From the NCBI GenBank assembly GCA_037146835.1, contig JBAWWI010000002.1, forward strand, positions 4,302 to 68,301: a DNA stretch of 64,000 bases, in the 5' to 3' direction. The notes below the pieces were generated by a model that worked only from the letters and a program-made list of their open reading frames with translations, had not been told where the DNA came from and ran no database searches. Below, one piece after another: positions 18,950 through 28,418 of this stretch (within the stretch, counting starts at the first letter, position 1; each line of letters begins with the position of its first letter). This DNA is from Actinomycetes bacterium (GTDB lineage: Bacteria > Actinomycetota > Acidimicrobiia > IMCC26256). The position numbers were made by a program, and so were the translations under genes.

Positions 18950-19734
18950 TGCCAGCAGTGTCGAACGAATCGGTGACTGTGTGCGTAGCAAGCCTCGATA
19001 CCTCTGAGGTTACCGAGTTGTGTATTAGATCTCTTCGCAAATTTGCGGGTGCACCGATGAGCCTCCAGATTGGCGACTGCGGGTCAACAGATGGCTCGCT
19101 AGAAATGCTCAGAGGGTTCGAGACCGAGGGATGGCTAACACTTGAGGTTGCCGAGGGCGGTAGGCAACATGCCGAGTGGCTAGACCAATGGCTTGCGAGT
19201 TGCACTACTAGGTTCTTGGTTTTCTCTGACTCAGATGTTGAGTACCGAGCGCCAAATTGGCTTAAGGACATGCTTGGGCAAGCGAGCATTACGGGGGCTG
19301 CACTTGTGTGCGGGCGGATGCAATACCCCCCAGCAACTTTCGTGCACCCCAAGACAGGCGCGCGCAGGAGACTGGCACAGCGCCCAACGACATGGTTATT
19401 AATGCTTGACCTAGAGCAACTACGCGGCGCAGTCAACGAGTCGTTCGCATATAAAGACGAACAAGACCCTGACGCCTTCGGTGGGAAGGTTGCGTACGAC
19501 GTAGGTGCGAAATATTTTGCGGCGGTAGTTAATAGTGGACTTCACTGGGCAGAGATGCCGCCCGAGTGGCAATCCCATTACCGACATTTTGGCGGGTTGA
19601 CCTGGCTTGGGGCTCGCGGTGATGGGGTAAGCATCAAGAAACGTGCGAAGCAGGCTGTGAAATTACTAACAGTAAAACGGCATCTAAAAGTTGCGCGCAA
19701 GAATCACTGGGGCGCGCCAGAGACCTCTTCATAA
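18946..19734 (+). CDS. GT2-like glycosyltransferase
   Basis: DCGSTDGS, QHAEWLD, FSDSD. Confidence 0.7.
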   Translation: MMPAVSNESVTVCVASLDTSEVTELCIRSLRKFAGAPMSLQIGDCGSTDGSLEMLRGFETEGWLTLEVAEGGRQHAEWLDQWLASCTTRFLVFSDSDVEYRAPNWLKDMLGQASITGAALVCGRMQYPPATFVHPKTGARRRLAQRPTTWLLMLDLEQLRGAVNESFAYKDEQDPDAFGGKVAYDVGAKYFAAVVNSGLHWAEMPPEWQSHYRHFGGLTWLGARGDGVSIKKRAKQAVKLLTVKRHLKVARKNHWGAPETSS

Positions 19735-20834
19735 AGGGTGCGCAGGGAAGCACCCACTAACGCTGGTGTGCGCTCCGCTCTAACCTTGGCCATATTCACA
19801 CCCGCCTTCGTTGCTGCATCCGTATCACGTAAACATTCGAGAATCGCCTCTGCTAAAGCATTCACATCACTTGGCGGCACTACCCAGCCTGTGCCCTCTG
19901 ATCTAACCGTCGATCCAAGCGCACCTACATCCGAGACAATCAGCGGTACCAAGTTGGCATAGGCATCTTGAAGCACTGCGCTTTGAGACTCAAACGAGGT
20001 ATAGGGCAGAACATTGACAGCGCAACGCGCATACAGAGCTGCCTTACGCTCAGCAGTTGCGTACCCAATCTCGGCAACGATTCTTTGGTCGCGAGAGGCT
20101 GCTGAGCGGATCTCGTCCTCTATTTCGCCAAACCCTTTTCCAGAGATCACCAAGCGAAACTCCTGCTCTGGCGGCAAGAGTTTGATCGCCTCTAATAATA
20201 CGTCCACACCCTTATTGCGCCTAAGGGTGCCAAAAAAGAGAATCTCGGGTACTCCATCATCAACGCCAATGTCATCAATAACTACGGGAGGCGCCAGAAT
20301 CGGCAACGGGATATAGCGGATGCGCGCTGGATCAACATCAAACTCGGCACTCAAGCGCTCCCCAACCCAATCGTGATGGACAACAAGAGTCCCCGCATTT
20401 GCATACTCGCGTGCCAGCACTGAGCGCTCGAGTTTCATCGGCATACGGCGCTGGTGAGGGATCACGTCATGAACCGTTGAGACAAGAGGTACGCGCCGCG
20501 CCAGAGTGCGCAGTGCAGCCCAATCCACAAAGGGATTCAGATAAATAATATGTGCGACGTCGAAGGACTCCCCCTTAATCGCTCGGCTACGCGCACGAGC
20601 GCGCCCTATGTAAGTAGATGCACGCGAGACTCCCCATGAAATGCTGCCTTCGCTGCTGCGCTCATCAACTCCTGGTAACGGGGTAAGAATTTCACACCCC
20701 TGAAGTGAACTTGAGATTGGGTCAAGCGGGCGCTCGGTGCAGTGAACTGCGAGGTGATCTCCATGGCGCAGCACTCCACCAGCGAGCGCCAGCTCCTCTC
20801 GCCTTAGGTAAGGCCAATACCAGTAGATATCCAT
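19704..20834 (-). CDS. GT4 (GT-B) glycosyltransferase
   Basis: TVHDVIPH, FFGTLRRNKG, VLPYTSFESQSAVLQDA, SDVGAL. 3' end overlaps the convergent GT2 gene by 31 bp. Confidence 0.88.
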   Translation of the reverse strand: MDIYWYWPYLRREELALAGGVLRHGDHLAVHCTERPLDPISSSLQGCEILTPLPGVDERSSEGSISWGVSRASTYIGRARARSRAIKGESFDVAHIIYLNPFVDWAALRTLARRVPLVSTVHDVIPHQRRMPMKLERSVLAREYANAGTLVVHHDWVGERLSAEFDVDPARIRYIPLPILAPPVVIDDIGVDDGVPEILFFGTLRRNKGVDVLLEAIKLLPPEQEFRLVISGKGFGEIEDEIRSAASRDQRIVAEIGYATAERKAALYARCAVNVLPYTSFESQSAVLQDAYANLVPLIVSDVGALGSTVRSEGTGWVVPPSDVNALAEAILECLRDTDAATKAGVNMAKVRAERTPALVGASLRTLYEEVSGAPQ

Positions 20835-20849
20835 CTCGTCCTAATTTGA

Positions 20850-21710
20850 TTAGAGAAATAGAGTTCGGTCGCGGATACTTCCCTGCAGATGCCCTAGGCG
20901 CACTCCAGCCACCCAGCACCATTGAGCACGCCCCGAGGCACCTCGCAGACGAGGAAGCATGGTTATTAGGCGAACCCATGAACGCCATCCACTAAATCTC
21001 CCGGGCGGCCGAAGCCCGCTGCGCTGAACCTCTCGTCGCAGTTTGGGCCGATTGCGGCCGTATGTCAGACCCTGTCGCCACAGCGTCTTTGGCTCACCGC
21101 GCATCCGGTAGAGAAGACGAGCATTTGGCTCAAAAATAAGTGGAATCTTGGCAACAAAAAGTCGCAGCGAAAACTCGTGGTCCTCGGCTCCAACGAAATC
21201 ATCTTTGAACCCACCGACTCTCTCAAAAGTCTCTCTGCGCACTCCAAAATTTCCACCCGAGGCGATCGGAAATATCCCATGCCATTCAAGTGGGCGGTCT
21301 GGTGGATATATGCCGCGCGAATTTGCAAGCCATTCGGGATTCAATACAGAGACATCGCAGGGTCCAGTCGCAACCTCGCCTTTCTCTAGAGCAGAGGCCA
21401 TGGCAGCTAGCCAACCCGGAACCACGACATCATCGCCATCGCAGATCAAAACCATTGGCGCGTTCGTCGAATCAAATCCAGTCTGACGCGCATAAGCGAG
21501 GCCGTCACGCTCTGAGGCCTGCACGACACGAACGCGATCATTTAGCCCTGCATACTCCTCGGAGATCTTAAGCGTGGAGTCGGTTGACCGATTATTGACT
21601 AAAACCACTTCCCACTCGCCACTCCACTCCTGCGCTAGTAGAGCGTCGAGTGCCTCGGGAAGAGTGGACTCAACATTTCGAATCGGCATCACAATACTGA
21701 TCTGCATCAC
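20850..21710 (-). CDS. GT2 glycosyltransferase
   Basis: ISIVMP, NNRSTD, YARQTG, CDGDD, GGNFGVRR, AEDHEF. Confidence 0.9.
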   Translation of the reverse strand: MMQISIVMPIRNVESTLPEALDALLAQEWSGEWEVVLVNNRSTDSTLKISEEYAGLNDRVRVVQASERDGLAYARQTGFDSTNAPMVLICDGDDVVVPGWLAAMASALEKGEVATGPCDVSVLNPEWLANSRGIYPPDRPLEWHGIFPIASGGNFGVRRETFERVGGFKDDFVGAEDHEFSLRLFVAKIPLIFEPNARLLYRMRGEPKTLWRQGLTYGRNRPKLRREVQRSGLRPPGRFSGWRSWVRLITMLPRLRGASGRAQWCWVAGVRLGHLQGSIRDRTLFL

Positions 21711-22600
21711 GAGCCATCTCGATTTGTAATCTCACCGATAATGCCCGCAGTGTTGAATACCCAATTAGCGCGACCACTACTGCTCACGAGCGAGGGCAGT
21801 CGCTTGATAATTCCAATTCCAGCGCGAGCAGTGTTGCCTGCCGGGATAGAGAGGCCATCGGCATTGAATCGTCTCCGCAAGATCGGCCTGATGCGCCCAT
21901 ACGCAAGACCTTGATTCCAGAGGCTTCGCAAGGATGTGCGGTACCGATAATGGATTATCGCAGACTCCGCATACGTGAGATTTATGCCACTGCGCCAGCA
22001 ACGATAGGAGAACTCGATATCCTCGCCCGCGGATAGCGACTCGTCGAATCCTCCTACAGTCTCGATCACGTGCCGTTGAATACCAAGATTGCAAGAGTGA
22101 GCAAACTGAAAAATTCCTGAGTAAGACCCAGGGCCAAGTGTCAGACGCGAGCCTCGCGTCTCAATTACTCGCGCTGGATTTAGCCGCTTAATCTCTAATG
22201 CGCCGGCAACAAACGGAGATTCATTTAGCGCAGCCGCCATAGCGGAGAGCCACCCCTGAGCCACGACATCATCTGCATCCACTGTCACGATGGAGGGAGC
22301 AGTTGAGGCCGCAATACCAAGGTTACGAGCCGCAGAGACACCCAAGCCACGCCCTAATACGATTCGGATATTGGGCCACTCTGCGCAATACGCATCGACT
22401 ATTGATCTAGTTCCATCGGTAGATTCGTCATCGACAACGACAACCTCCCATGCGAGCGCTGTCTCCTGTGCACAGATTGCATCTAATTGCTCAGAGATAG
22501 TCGCAGCCGCATTTCTTGCTGCGATCACGATACTGATCGCCGGACTAATTGCTGGAGTGTTTCCTGAAGTATTTCCCGAGGAGTTTGCTGGAGTCTTCAA
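21707..22600 (-). CDS. GT2 glycosyltransferase, paralog of 20850-21710
   Basis: ISIVIAARN, DDESTD, AARNLG, DADD, SCNLGI, GEDIEF. Confidence 0.9.
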   Translation of the reverse strand: MKTPANSSGNTSGNTPAISPAISIVIAARNAAATISEQLDAICAQETALAWEVVVVDDESTDGTRSIVDAYCAEWPNIRIVLGRGLGVSAARNLGIAASTAPSIVTVDADDVVAQGWLSAMAAALNESPFVAGALEIKRLNPARVIETRGSRLTLGPGSYSGIFQFAHSCNLGIQRHVIETVGGFDESLSAGEDIEFSYRCWRSGINLTYAESAIIHYRYRTSLRSLWNQGLAYGRIRPILRRRFNADGLSIPAGNTARAGIGIIKRLPSLVSSSGRANWVFNTAGIIGEITNRDGS

Positions 22601-23709
22601 TTATTGCCCTCGCGTGTTGAGACCAATTCCACGAGGAGCTTCTCAAACTCTCCAACGATCACCTCAGGATTTACCTCAGAGCGTTCAGAGTAAGTGCGCG
22701 CCGTTACTACGAAGCCATCGTAAACGGCCGCCCCAAGTAGATAGCGCAGCGCGGTAACCCAATCGGCAACAGGTGCATCGGCATCTACGCATAAGCCACC
22801 TGGGCCGATTGCCTCTACTAGCGCTTCAACACTTGAACCAAGCACGGGTATTCCATTGGCCTCTGCCTCTAGAACAACGCGAGGGCGACCGTTGGTTAGG
22901 TAGGGAGCAAGCAGCACAGCGGCATCGCCATAAAGGCTCTTTGGGTCGTCGGTACGCGGGCGCAACTCGACATTGGCTAGTCCTTCGCAAGCATCCTCAA
23001 GCCACTTACGCTCCTCCTGCTCGAGAGGCCACGACTCTACGAATGCGAAACGAATCTCCGGGCATTCACGAGCTAGCGCCACAGCGACCTCCCTCCCCGA
23101 GATCTCCACAGGATTTATGAAAAGCACAACCTCTCTAGTTGTCTCAACCCGAATACGGTCTAGCGATACCACTGACGGGAGAAAGTGTGCGTCGAAGCCA
23201 AGCGCATTGGCACGTTCTTTCAGAGTCGCAGCATTAGCAAGCAGCAGATCCGGCGGCGCATTTGAGATATCGAGGTGTCCAATCGCTGATTCCTCTCTGA
23301 GGTAGAGCACGGACGCAATGCCAGCGGCCCGCAGGTCCTCCCTAATGCTTCGCCATGCCATGCGACCGATGCTTGCCACTACAACGACGTCCCATGTTTG
23401 ACTCCGTAAAAATTTTTGCATCGAATTCTCGGGGAGAATCGTGGACCACACGCGGACCGCTCCATCCTCGACTAAACGTCGCCCTCGACCGATCAGGCCC
23501 GCTACACGCCAGACGGGTTGGGCAAAAACTTTAGGGAGCCTCACCGCTTTGTTCACAAGGCGATGCTGGAGCATCCACCTTCTCGGCGCAGTCTCTACTC
23601 GCAGCAGTACCTCAACCTCATGGCCTCGCGCACCCATACCCGCTGCCAACTCACGTGTACTCATTGCGGAACCACCCACGGCAGTCCCCGATAAGAAGAG
23701 GATGCGCAT
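22597..23709 (-). CDS. GT4 (GT-B) glycosyltransferase
   Basis: SGTAVGGSAMS N-terminus; GRPRVVLEAEANGIPV. Confidence 0.8.
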   Translation of the reverse strand: MRILFLSGTAVGGSAMSTRELAAGMGARGHEVEVLLRVETAPRRWMLQHRLVNKAVRLPKVFAQPVWRVAGLIGRGRRLVEDGAVRVWSTILPENSMQKFLRSQTWDVVVVASIGRMAWRSIREDLRAAGIASVLYLREESAIGHLDISNAPPDLLLANAATLKERANALGFDAHFLPSVVSLDRIRVETTREVVLFINPVEISGREVAVALARECPEIRFAFVESWPLEQEERKWLEDACEGLANVELRPRTDDPKSLYGDAAVLLAPYLTNGRPRVVLEAEANGIPVLGSSVEALVEAIGPGGLCVDADAPVADWVTALRYLLGAAVYDGFVVTARTYSERSEVNPEVIVGEFEKLLVELVSTREGNN

Positions 23710-23856
23710 GGACTACCTCGATGGTGGGCGTTTGCTCTGAATCCGAGCAGGCTTGAAACATTACTTCGAATCCCCGAACACTTTGACGCTTACTGAGGCT
23801 CCTTCGCCCCAATTTGGCGGCACTCGCCCTCCTCTAATCGCTGTATTCTCCCAAGC

Positions 23857-24792
23857 ATGTCACGTGTTCTGTTATTAGGGGTACCGCGCTCGGGTACTAC
23901 ATGGGTAGGGCGCGCACTTGGTGCTACCGATGGAGCTGCTTATGTAAACGAACCGGACGGCTTTGGCGAGCCACTGGCACTAGGAATCATGTTGAAATAC
24001 GGCGAGCACCCTCATATCGCTCCTGGCGACAAAGCAGCCGATTATGAGCGGCTCTGGAGCTCTGCCTTCGGAGGCGGTCTCCCCTCAAGAACCCTTCGCG
24101 ACAAAGCAGCGCGCTTCATTTATGACAGAACCCCCCTCGATGATCGGCGAGCCGCTCGCGCTACAGGAAACATTCCGATGCGCCTGCGAATAGTCAGTTC
24201 CCTCGCACAGCCATTTGCAGCGGCACCTGATGCAAGGCATGTAGTTGTTAAGACAGTTCAGGGTTGCCTATCTACCGACTGGATCCTTGAGCATTTCGAA
24301 GCACGCGTGATCCTCATCGAGCGAAACCCATTCAATGTTCTCTCCTCATGGCGAGATCTTGGATTTGTTAGGGAGGGTCGCGAGTTTGACCGTATTGCTT
24401 TACTAGCGCGCGAACGCTGGGGCGTAGAGCGCCCCACGATTGGTGCACCTCACCTAGCGCTTCAGAGTTTTTTCTACGGAGTCCTCTCGGCGAGCCTCAG
24501 GGAATCGGCGATGCGCCACCCGGAGTGGATTCAGACCACTCATGAATATCTATGTGTTGAGTCCCTAGAGCGGTTTAAGTCCCTCGCTGACCAAGTTGGG
24601 CTCGAGTGGGGTGAGAGAGCGAATGCATTCATTACTGACTCTGATAAAGATGGAACCCCGTTTCGCACGATGCGACGAAGTGCTGATCAACCAGAGCGCT
24701 GGCGCGAGCGACTCTCATCTGAGGAGACCCAAACAATTCGGTCAGTACTTGAGAGTTTCCCTAAGGGTTTGCTCGCAGATATTCCTCAGTAA
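23857..24792 (+). CDS. Sulfotransferase
   Basis: GVPRSGTTW, NEP, VVKTV, IERNPFNVLSS. Confidence 0.85.
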   Translation: MSRVLLLGVPRSGTTWVGRALGATDGAAYVNEPDGFGEPLALGIMLKYGEHPHIAPGDKAADYERLWSSAFGGGLPSRTLRDKAARFIYDRTPLDDRRAARATGNIPMRLRIVSSLAQPFAAAPDARHVVVKTVQGCLSTDWILEHFEARVILIERNPFNVLSSWRDLGFVREGREFDRIALLARERWGVERPTIGAPHLALQSFFYGVLSASLRESAMRHPEWIQTTHEYLCVESLERFKSLADQVGLEWGERANAFITDSDKDGTPFRTMRRSADQPERWRERLSSEETQTIRSVLESFPKGLLADIPQ

Positions 24793-24830
24793 TTTCTGAA
24801 ACATTTCGAGGCAAACGAAGAACCTCGCGA

Positions 24831-25430
24831 TTAACGACTCGCCTTCGGAGGTAGCAATCGAGCCGGTACACCAACAGCGGTGTAGCCGGCGGGAACATCT
24901 TCAAGCACTACTGCGTTGGAGCCGACGACGCTGCCATCACCAAGATGGACCGCACCAAGCACCTTTGCTCCGGCGTACACGAATACTCCATCGCCTATGA
25001 CTGGTCGGTCCTCTGGATTAATGAACCCAATAGTTACCTGCTGATTAATCCAGCAGTTAGCGCCAACTCGTGAGGCCGCCACGATGGTTGCAAAGCCGTG
25101 CTGGATAAATAGCCCTGGCCCAATCTCAGAACAAGCAAGGTGGAGCGTCCGCTCACCTGGGTAAATCACGGCGAGAACAGCTGCGATCGCTGCATTGAAC
25201 GCACCTGCCCGACGTATCCGATAGAAAAGAAGTGAACGAAATTCTGGGCGCTCAGCGATGAGCGCCAACCGAGAAAATCGCCTAGAAACTGGGGGCTTTA
25301 AAATTTTGACCCATCGTTCTACATCTGCCTCAGAGGCATCTCGCGAAGAACCGCGCGGGGCGAGCATCAGTGGCGCATACCATCCCATGCGTATGAGTAA
25401 TCGAATGTCACGTACTCCCTTCGCAGCCAC
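24831..25430 (-). CDS. Hexapeptide-repeat (CysE/WcaB-like) O-acetyltransferase
   Basis: IGPGLFIQHG, INQQVTIG, PVIGDGV, AGAKVLG, SNAVVLEDVP; start uncertain. Confidence 0.85.
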   Translation of the reverse strand: MAAKGVRDIRLLIRMGWYAPLMLAPRGSSRDASEADVERWVKILKPPVSRRFSRLALIAERPEFRSLLFYRIRRAGAFNAAIAAVLAVIYPGERTLHLACSEIGPGLFIQHGFATIVAASRVGANCWINQQVTIGFINPEDRPVIGDGVFVYAGAKVLGAVHLGDGSVVGSNAVVLEDVPAGYTAVGVPARLLPPKASR

Positions 25431-25462
25431 CCCCGAATCCTACGGCCAGTGAGGACCGACTC

Positions 25463-26611
25463 ATGACCGAGCGCGACCAAACCCTCCGCGACCAAACCCT
25501 CACCCCTATTCGAGTCCTTTATCTGGTGAAGGGACTGGGCCCAGGTGGAGCTGAGCGCTTAATAGTGGCTGCCGCCAGCGCCCATAATCGCTCTGCATTC
25601 GCTCTAAGGCTGGCGTACCTTCTCCCTTGGAAAGACGCATTAGTGCCGGAGCTCGAGAATCTCAAGGTTCCAACAACTTGCTTAAATGTGAGCAGAGAAT
25701 GGGATCTTCGCTGGGGGATGCGACTCAGGCGTGAGCTAATCGAGAATCCAGCAGACATCCTCCATGCTCACTCGCCGTATCCAGCAGGGATAGCTCGCCT
25801 CGTAGTCCGCACCCTCCCACGCCGCCTTCGCCCTCGCATCGTCTACACGCTGCACAACACTTGGGGATCGTTCTCCACGCTGACACGTTTACTAAACGGT
25901 CTGACCTATGGCCTCGACTCGGCAGATATAGCAGTGTCGCGAATAGTAAATGAGACGCTCACCCCGAGGCGCCGAGCGCGCACCGAGGTCTTGGTCCACG
26001 GAATCCAACTCGACGAGGCACGCTCGCAAATGGGAAAGAGAGCCTCTATTCGAAGTGAACTCGGAGTCGCTCCAGACGAGTTCGTAGTGGGCACAATTGC
26101 AAACTTCAGGGCACAGAAGGACTACCCAAATCTTCTCAATGCCGCGCGTCTCCTGAAAGAGGGTGGTGTGCAGATCCGCATCCTTGCCGTTGGCCAAGGT
26201 CCTTTAGAGGAGGAGATGAGAGCGCTCCACGATTCAATGGCACTAGGCGATCGCGTACTCCTACTCGGGCAGCGTGACGATGCAGTAGCAGTGCTTGGTG
26301 CCTGTGATGCTTTCGTGATGGCCTCGAAGAATGAAGGACTTCCAGTCGCAATTATGGAGGCACTTGCCCTCGGCCTCCCGATATGCGCCACCTCAGTTGG
26401 AGGAATCCCCGAGGCAGTCACTGATGGAGTTGAGGGGCAACTTGTTCCACCAAGCGACCCTGAGGCTCTAGCCTCCGCTCTGACAAGGCTCGCAACCGAC
26501 CCAGCCTTGAGGGACCATCTTTCAGCCGGAGCACGCGCAGCGGGGCAGCGGTACGACATTCGAACAGCCGTCACCCGTATTGAGGAGATCTATAGGGGGG
26601 TTCTGCAGTGA
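25463..26611 (+). CDS. GT4 glycosyltransferase
   Basis: GLGPGGAER, ANFRAQKDY, SKNEGLPVAIMEA; contains an in-frame 15-bp duplication near the start. Confidence 0.92.
   Translation: MTERDQTLRDQTLTPIRVLYLVKGLGPGGAERLIVAAASAHNRSAFALRLAYLLPWKDALVPELENLKVPTTCLNVSREWDLRWGMRLRRELIENPADILHAHSPYPAGIARLVVRTLPRRLRPRIVYTLHNTWGSFSTLTRLLNGLTYGLDSADIAVSRIVNETLTPRRRARTEVLVHGIQLDEARSQMGKRASIRSELGVAPDEFVVGTIANFRAQKDYPNLLNAARLLKEGGVQIRILAVGQGPLEEEMRALHDSMALGDRVLLLGQRDDAVAVLGACDAFVMASKNEGLPVAIMEALALGLPICATSVGGIPEAVTDGVEGQLVPPSDPEALASALTRLATDPALRDHLSAGARAAGQRYDIRTAVTRIEEIYRGVLQ
25472..25501 (+). repeat. Perfect 15-bp tandem duplication CGCGACCAAACCCTC x2 (RDQTL-RDQTL)
   Basis: Read directly at 25472-25486 and 25487-25501. 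Confidence 0.95.
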
Positions 26612-27582
26612 GCTCAGATGGCTTGACTATTAGGAGAGCGCTACCAGCCGACCGCCCCCAGATAATCAAACTCCTTGCAGCATCGCTAGGGCGAGAATCC
26701 GATCCTCGTTTTGAGGAGCTCTACTCGTGGAAGCACGAAGAGAACGCATTTGGAGTATCTGCGAGGTGGGTCGCGTGCGACGGAGAGACCATCGCAGGTT
26801 TTCGAGCTTTGATGCGGTGGGAGTTCACTCGCGGAGACGAATTAGTGCGATCCGTCCGTGCAGTAGATACTGCGACCCACCCCGATTATCAGGGCCAAGG
26901 TATTTTCACACGCCTAACTCTCCATGGGATAGACGAACTGCGCGAAGAAGGGTGCTCATTCGTATTTAACACTCCGAATGAGCAGAGTCGCCCTGGTTAC
27001 CTAAAGATGGAGTGGCGCGTTGTTGGCCAACCACATGTGTTCTTTAGGCCGCGATCGGCAACCGCGGCACTCAAAATGATTCGGTCCCGAACGCCAGCAG
27101 AACGCTGGTCATCACCTAGCAATCTCGGCGCACCTGCGGCCGAGATTCTGAGTGACGCTCGCTCCCTACAATCGCTGCTCGATTCGCTCCCGAGAGTTTC
27201 CTCACTCCGGACAAGGCATACAGCGAAGAGCCTGGAGTGGCGATACGGGTCCGATCTCCTTAGCTACAGGATCGTTACAGGGGCTGCCGGCATCGAGGAC
27301 GGGATTGCAGTAGTCAGGGTGAGGCAGCGAGGAGACGCTCGAGAAGCTGCATTGTGTGAGGTAATTGCCCCGAACGATGACGCGAGAGCAAGAAAGGCTT
27401 TGGTTAAAGCAGTTACCAAAAAGGTAGATGCGGATTATGTGCTCAAGCTTGGGGCTAGTCGCGATGGCCTGCTTCCGCTCCCGAAACAAGGACCAATACT
27501 TACTTGGCGTGGAGTCACAGAGACCGATATGCCTGCTCTTGATAAATGGCTGCTGACACTTGGCGACATCGAGCTTTTTTAA
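26608..27582 (+). CDS. GNAT-family N-acyltransferase, two-domain length
   Basis: RAVDTATHPDYQGQGIF (acyl-CoA motif A), FNTPNEQS...GYLK. Confidence 0.82.
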   Translation: MSSDGLTIRRALPADRPQIIKLLAASLGRESDPRFEELYSWKHEENAFGVSARWVACDGETIAGFRALMRWEFTRGDELVRSVRAVDTATHPDYQGQGIFTRLTLHGIDELREEGCSFVFNTPNEQSRPGYLKMEWRVVGQPHVFFRPRSATAALKMIRSRTPAERWSSPSNLGAPAAEILSDARSLQSLLDSLPRVSSLRTRHTAKSLEWRYGSDLLSYRIVTGAAGIEDGIAVVRVRQRGDAREAALCEVIAPNDDARARKALVKAVTKKVDADYVLKLGASRDGLLPLPKQGPILTWRGVTETDMPALDKWLLTLGDIELF

Positions 27583-27605
27583 CTCGCTCCGATAGAAGCC
27601 CGTCG

Positions 27606-28322
27606 CTACCCTGCGTCGTCGAACATCGCCTCGTAGGGAGTGCCTAGGTAGAGCCCTCTGAGTTCGTCAAAGTTTGCGATCACTTCTCGTAGGTCATCGC
27701 TGGTGTTCTTAAGTGTCGCCCCAACAACTGGCAGGCTCCGCACTCCGAGGTATTTGAATACCTTGTCAAACGTTGCGGGAGGGTCAGCACATAGATCTTC
27801 ATAATCGATGTGCAGGTATGGCCTATCTAGGCCATCTACGAAACTGCGAATGACCCCTTTCTCCTCTTCTACCGCCTCTAAGCGCGACGCAAAGTCTGCT
27901 GCGTCTATCTCAAGCAGGCCAAGCTCCTCGGAGCCTTCGTAACGGTTCCATCTCCCGGTTCGGTCTCGGAGCACACGTGCGGTAATCCTGCTCACGGCAT
28001 GCTTTACGTCATTTCTCCGATCCAGAACAATGATCTGAGCGTCGTATCGCTTGACGGCTTCGGTGAAGGCTTCTTGGTCAAGCACATCTCGAAGTTTTGT
28101 CTTGAAGCCAACCGCCTTGGAGCGGCCAACTACTGGGCCGCGCAGATAACGCTCAACCCATGCCCGCTGCGCATCTACGCCTTTTGGACGTAGCCCATCT
28201 AAGACCTCACCCTTTGCCTCTACATCGGGGTGGGAATCAAGAGCGCTGACTAGGAAGGTGCTTCCGGTGCGCCCCGGGAAGAGGATCACGAAGCGAATTA
28301 GTTGTGGGCGAGCTACCAACAT
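27606..28322 (-). CDS. Stf0-like sulfotransferase
   Basis: FPGRTGSTFL, VGFK, LDRRNDVKHAVS, IDYEDL; AGGAG RBS before ATG 28322. Confidence 0.8.
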   Translation of the reverse strand: MLVARPQLIRFVILFPGRTGSTFLVSALDSHPDVEAKGEVLDGLRPKGVDAQRAWVERYLRGPVVGRSKAVGFKTKLRDVLDQEAFTEAVKRYDAQIIVLDRRNDVKHAVSRITARVLRDRTGRWNRYEGSEELGLLEIDAADFASRLEAVEEEKGVIRSFVDGLDRPYLHIDYEDLCADPPATFDKVFKYLGVRSLPVVGATLKNTSDDLREVIANFDELRGLYLGTPYEAMFDDAG

Positions 28323-28418
28323 GGATTTCCTCTCCTGCAAGAGTCCGTAGACTACACAGCGCAACATCGTTCGAGAACCTCCACCAATAGTCCGAGGCGC
28401 GGGGAGTCTGAGGGTCCG

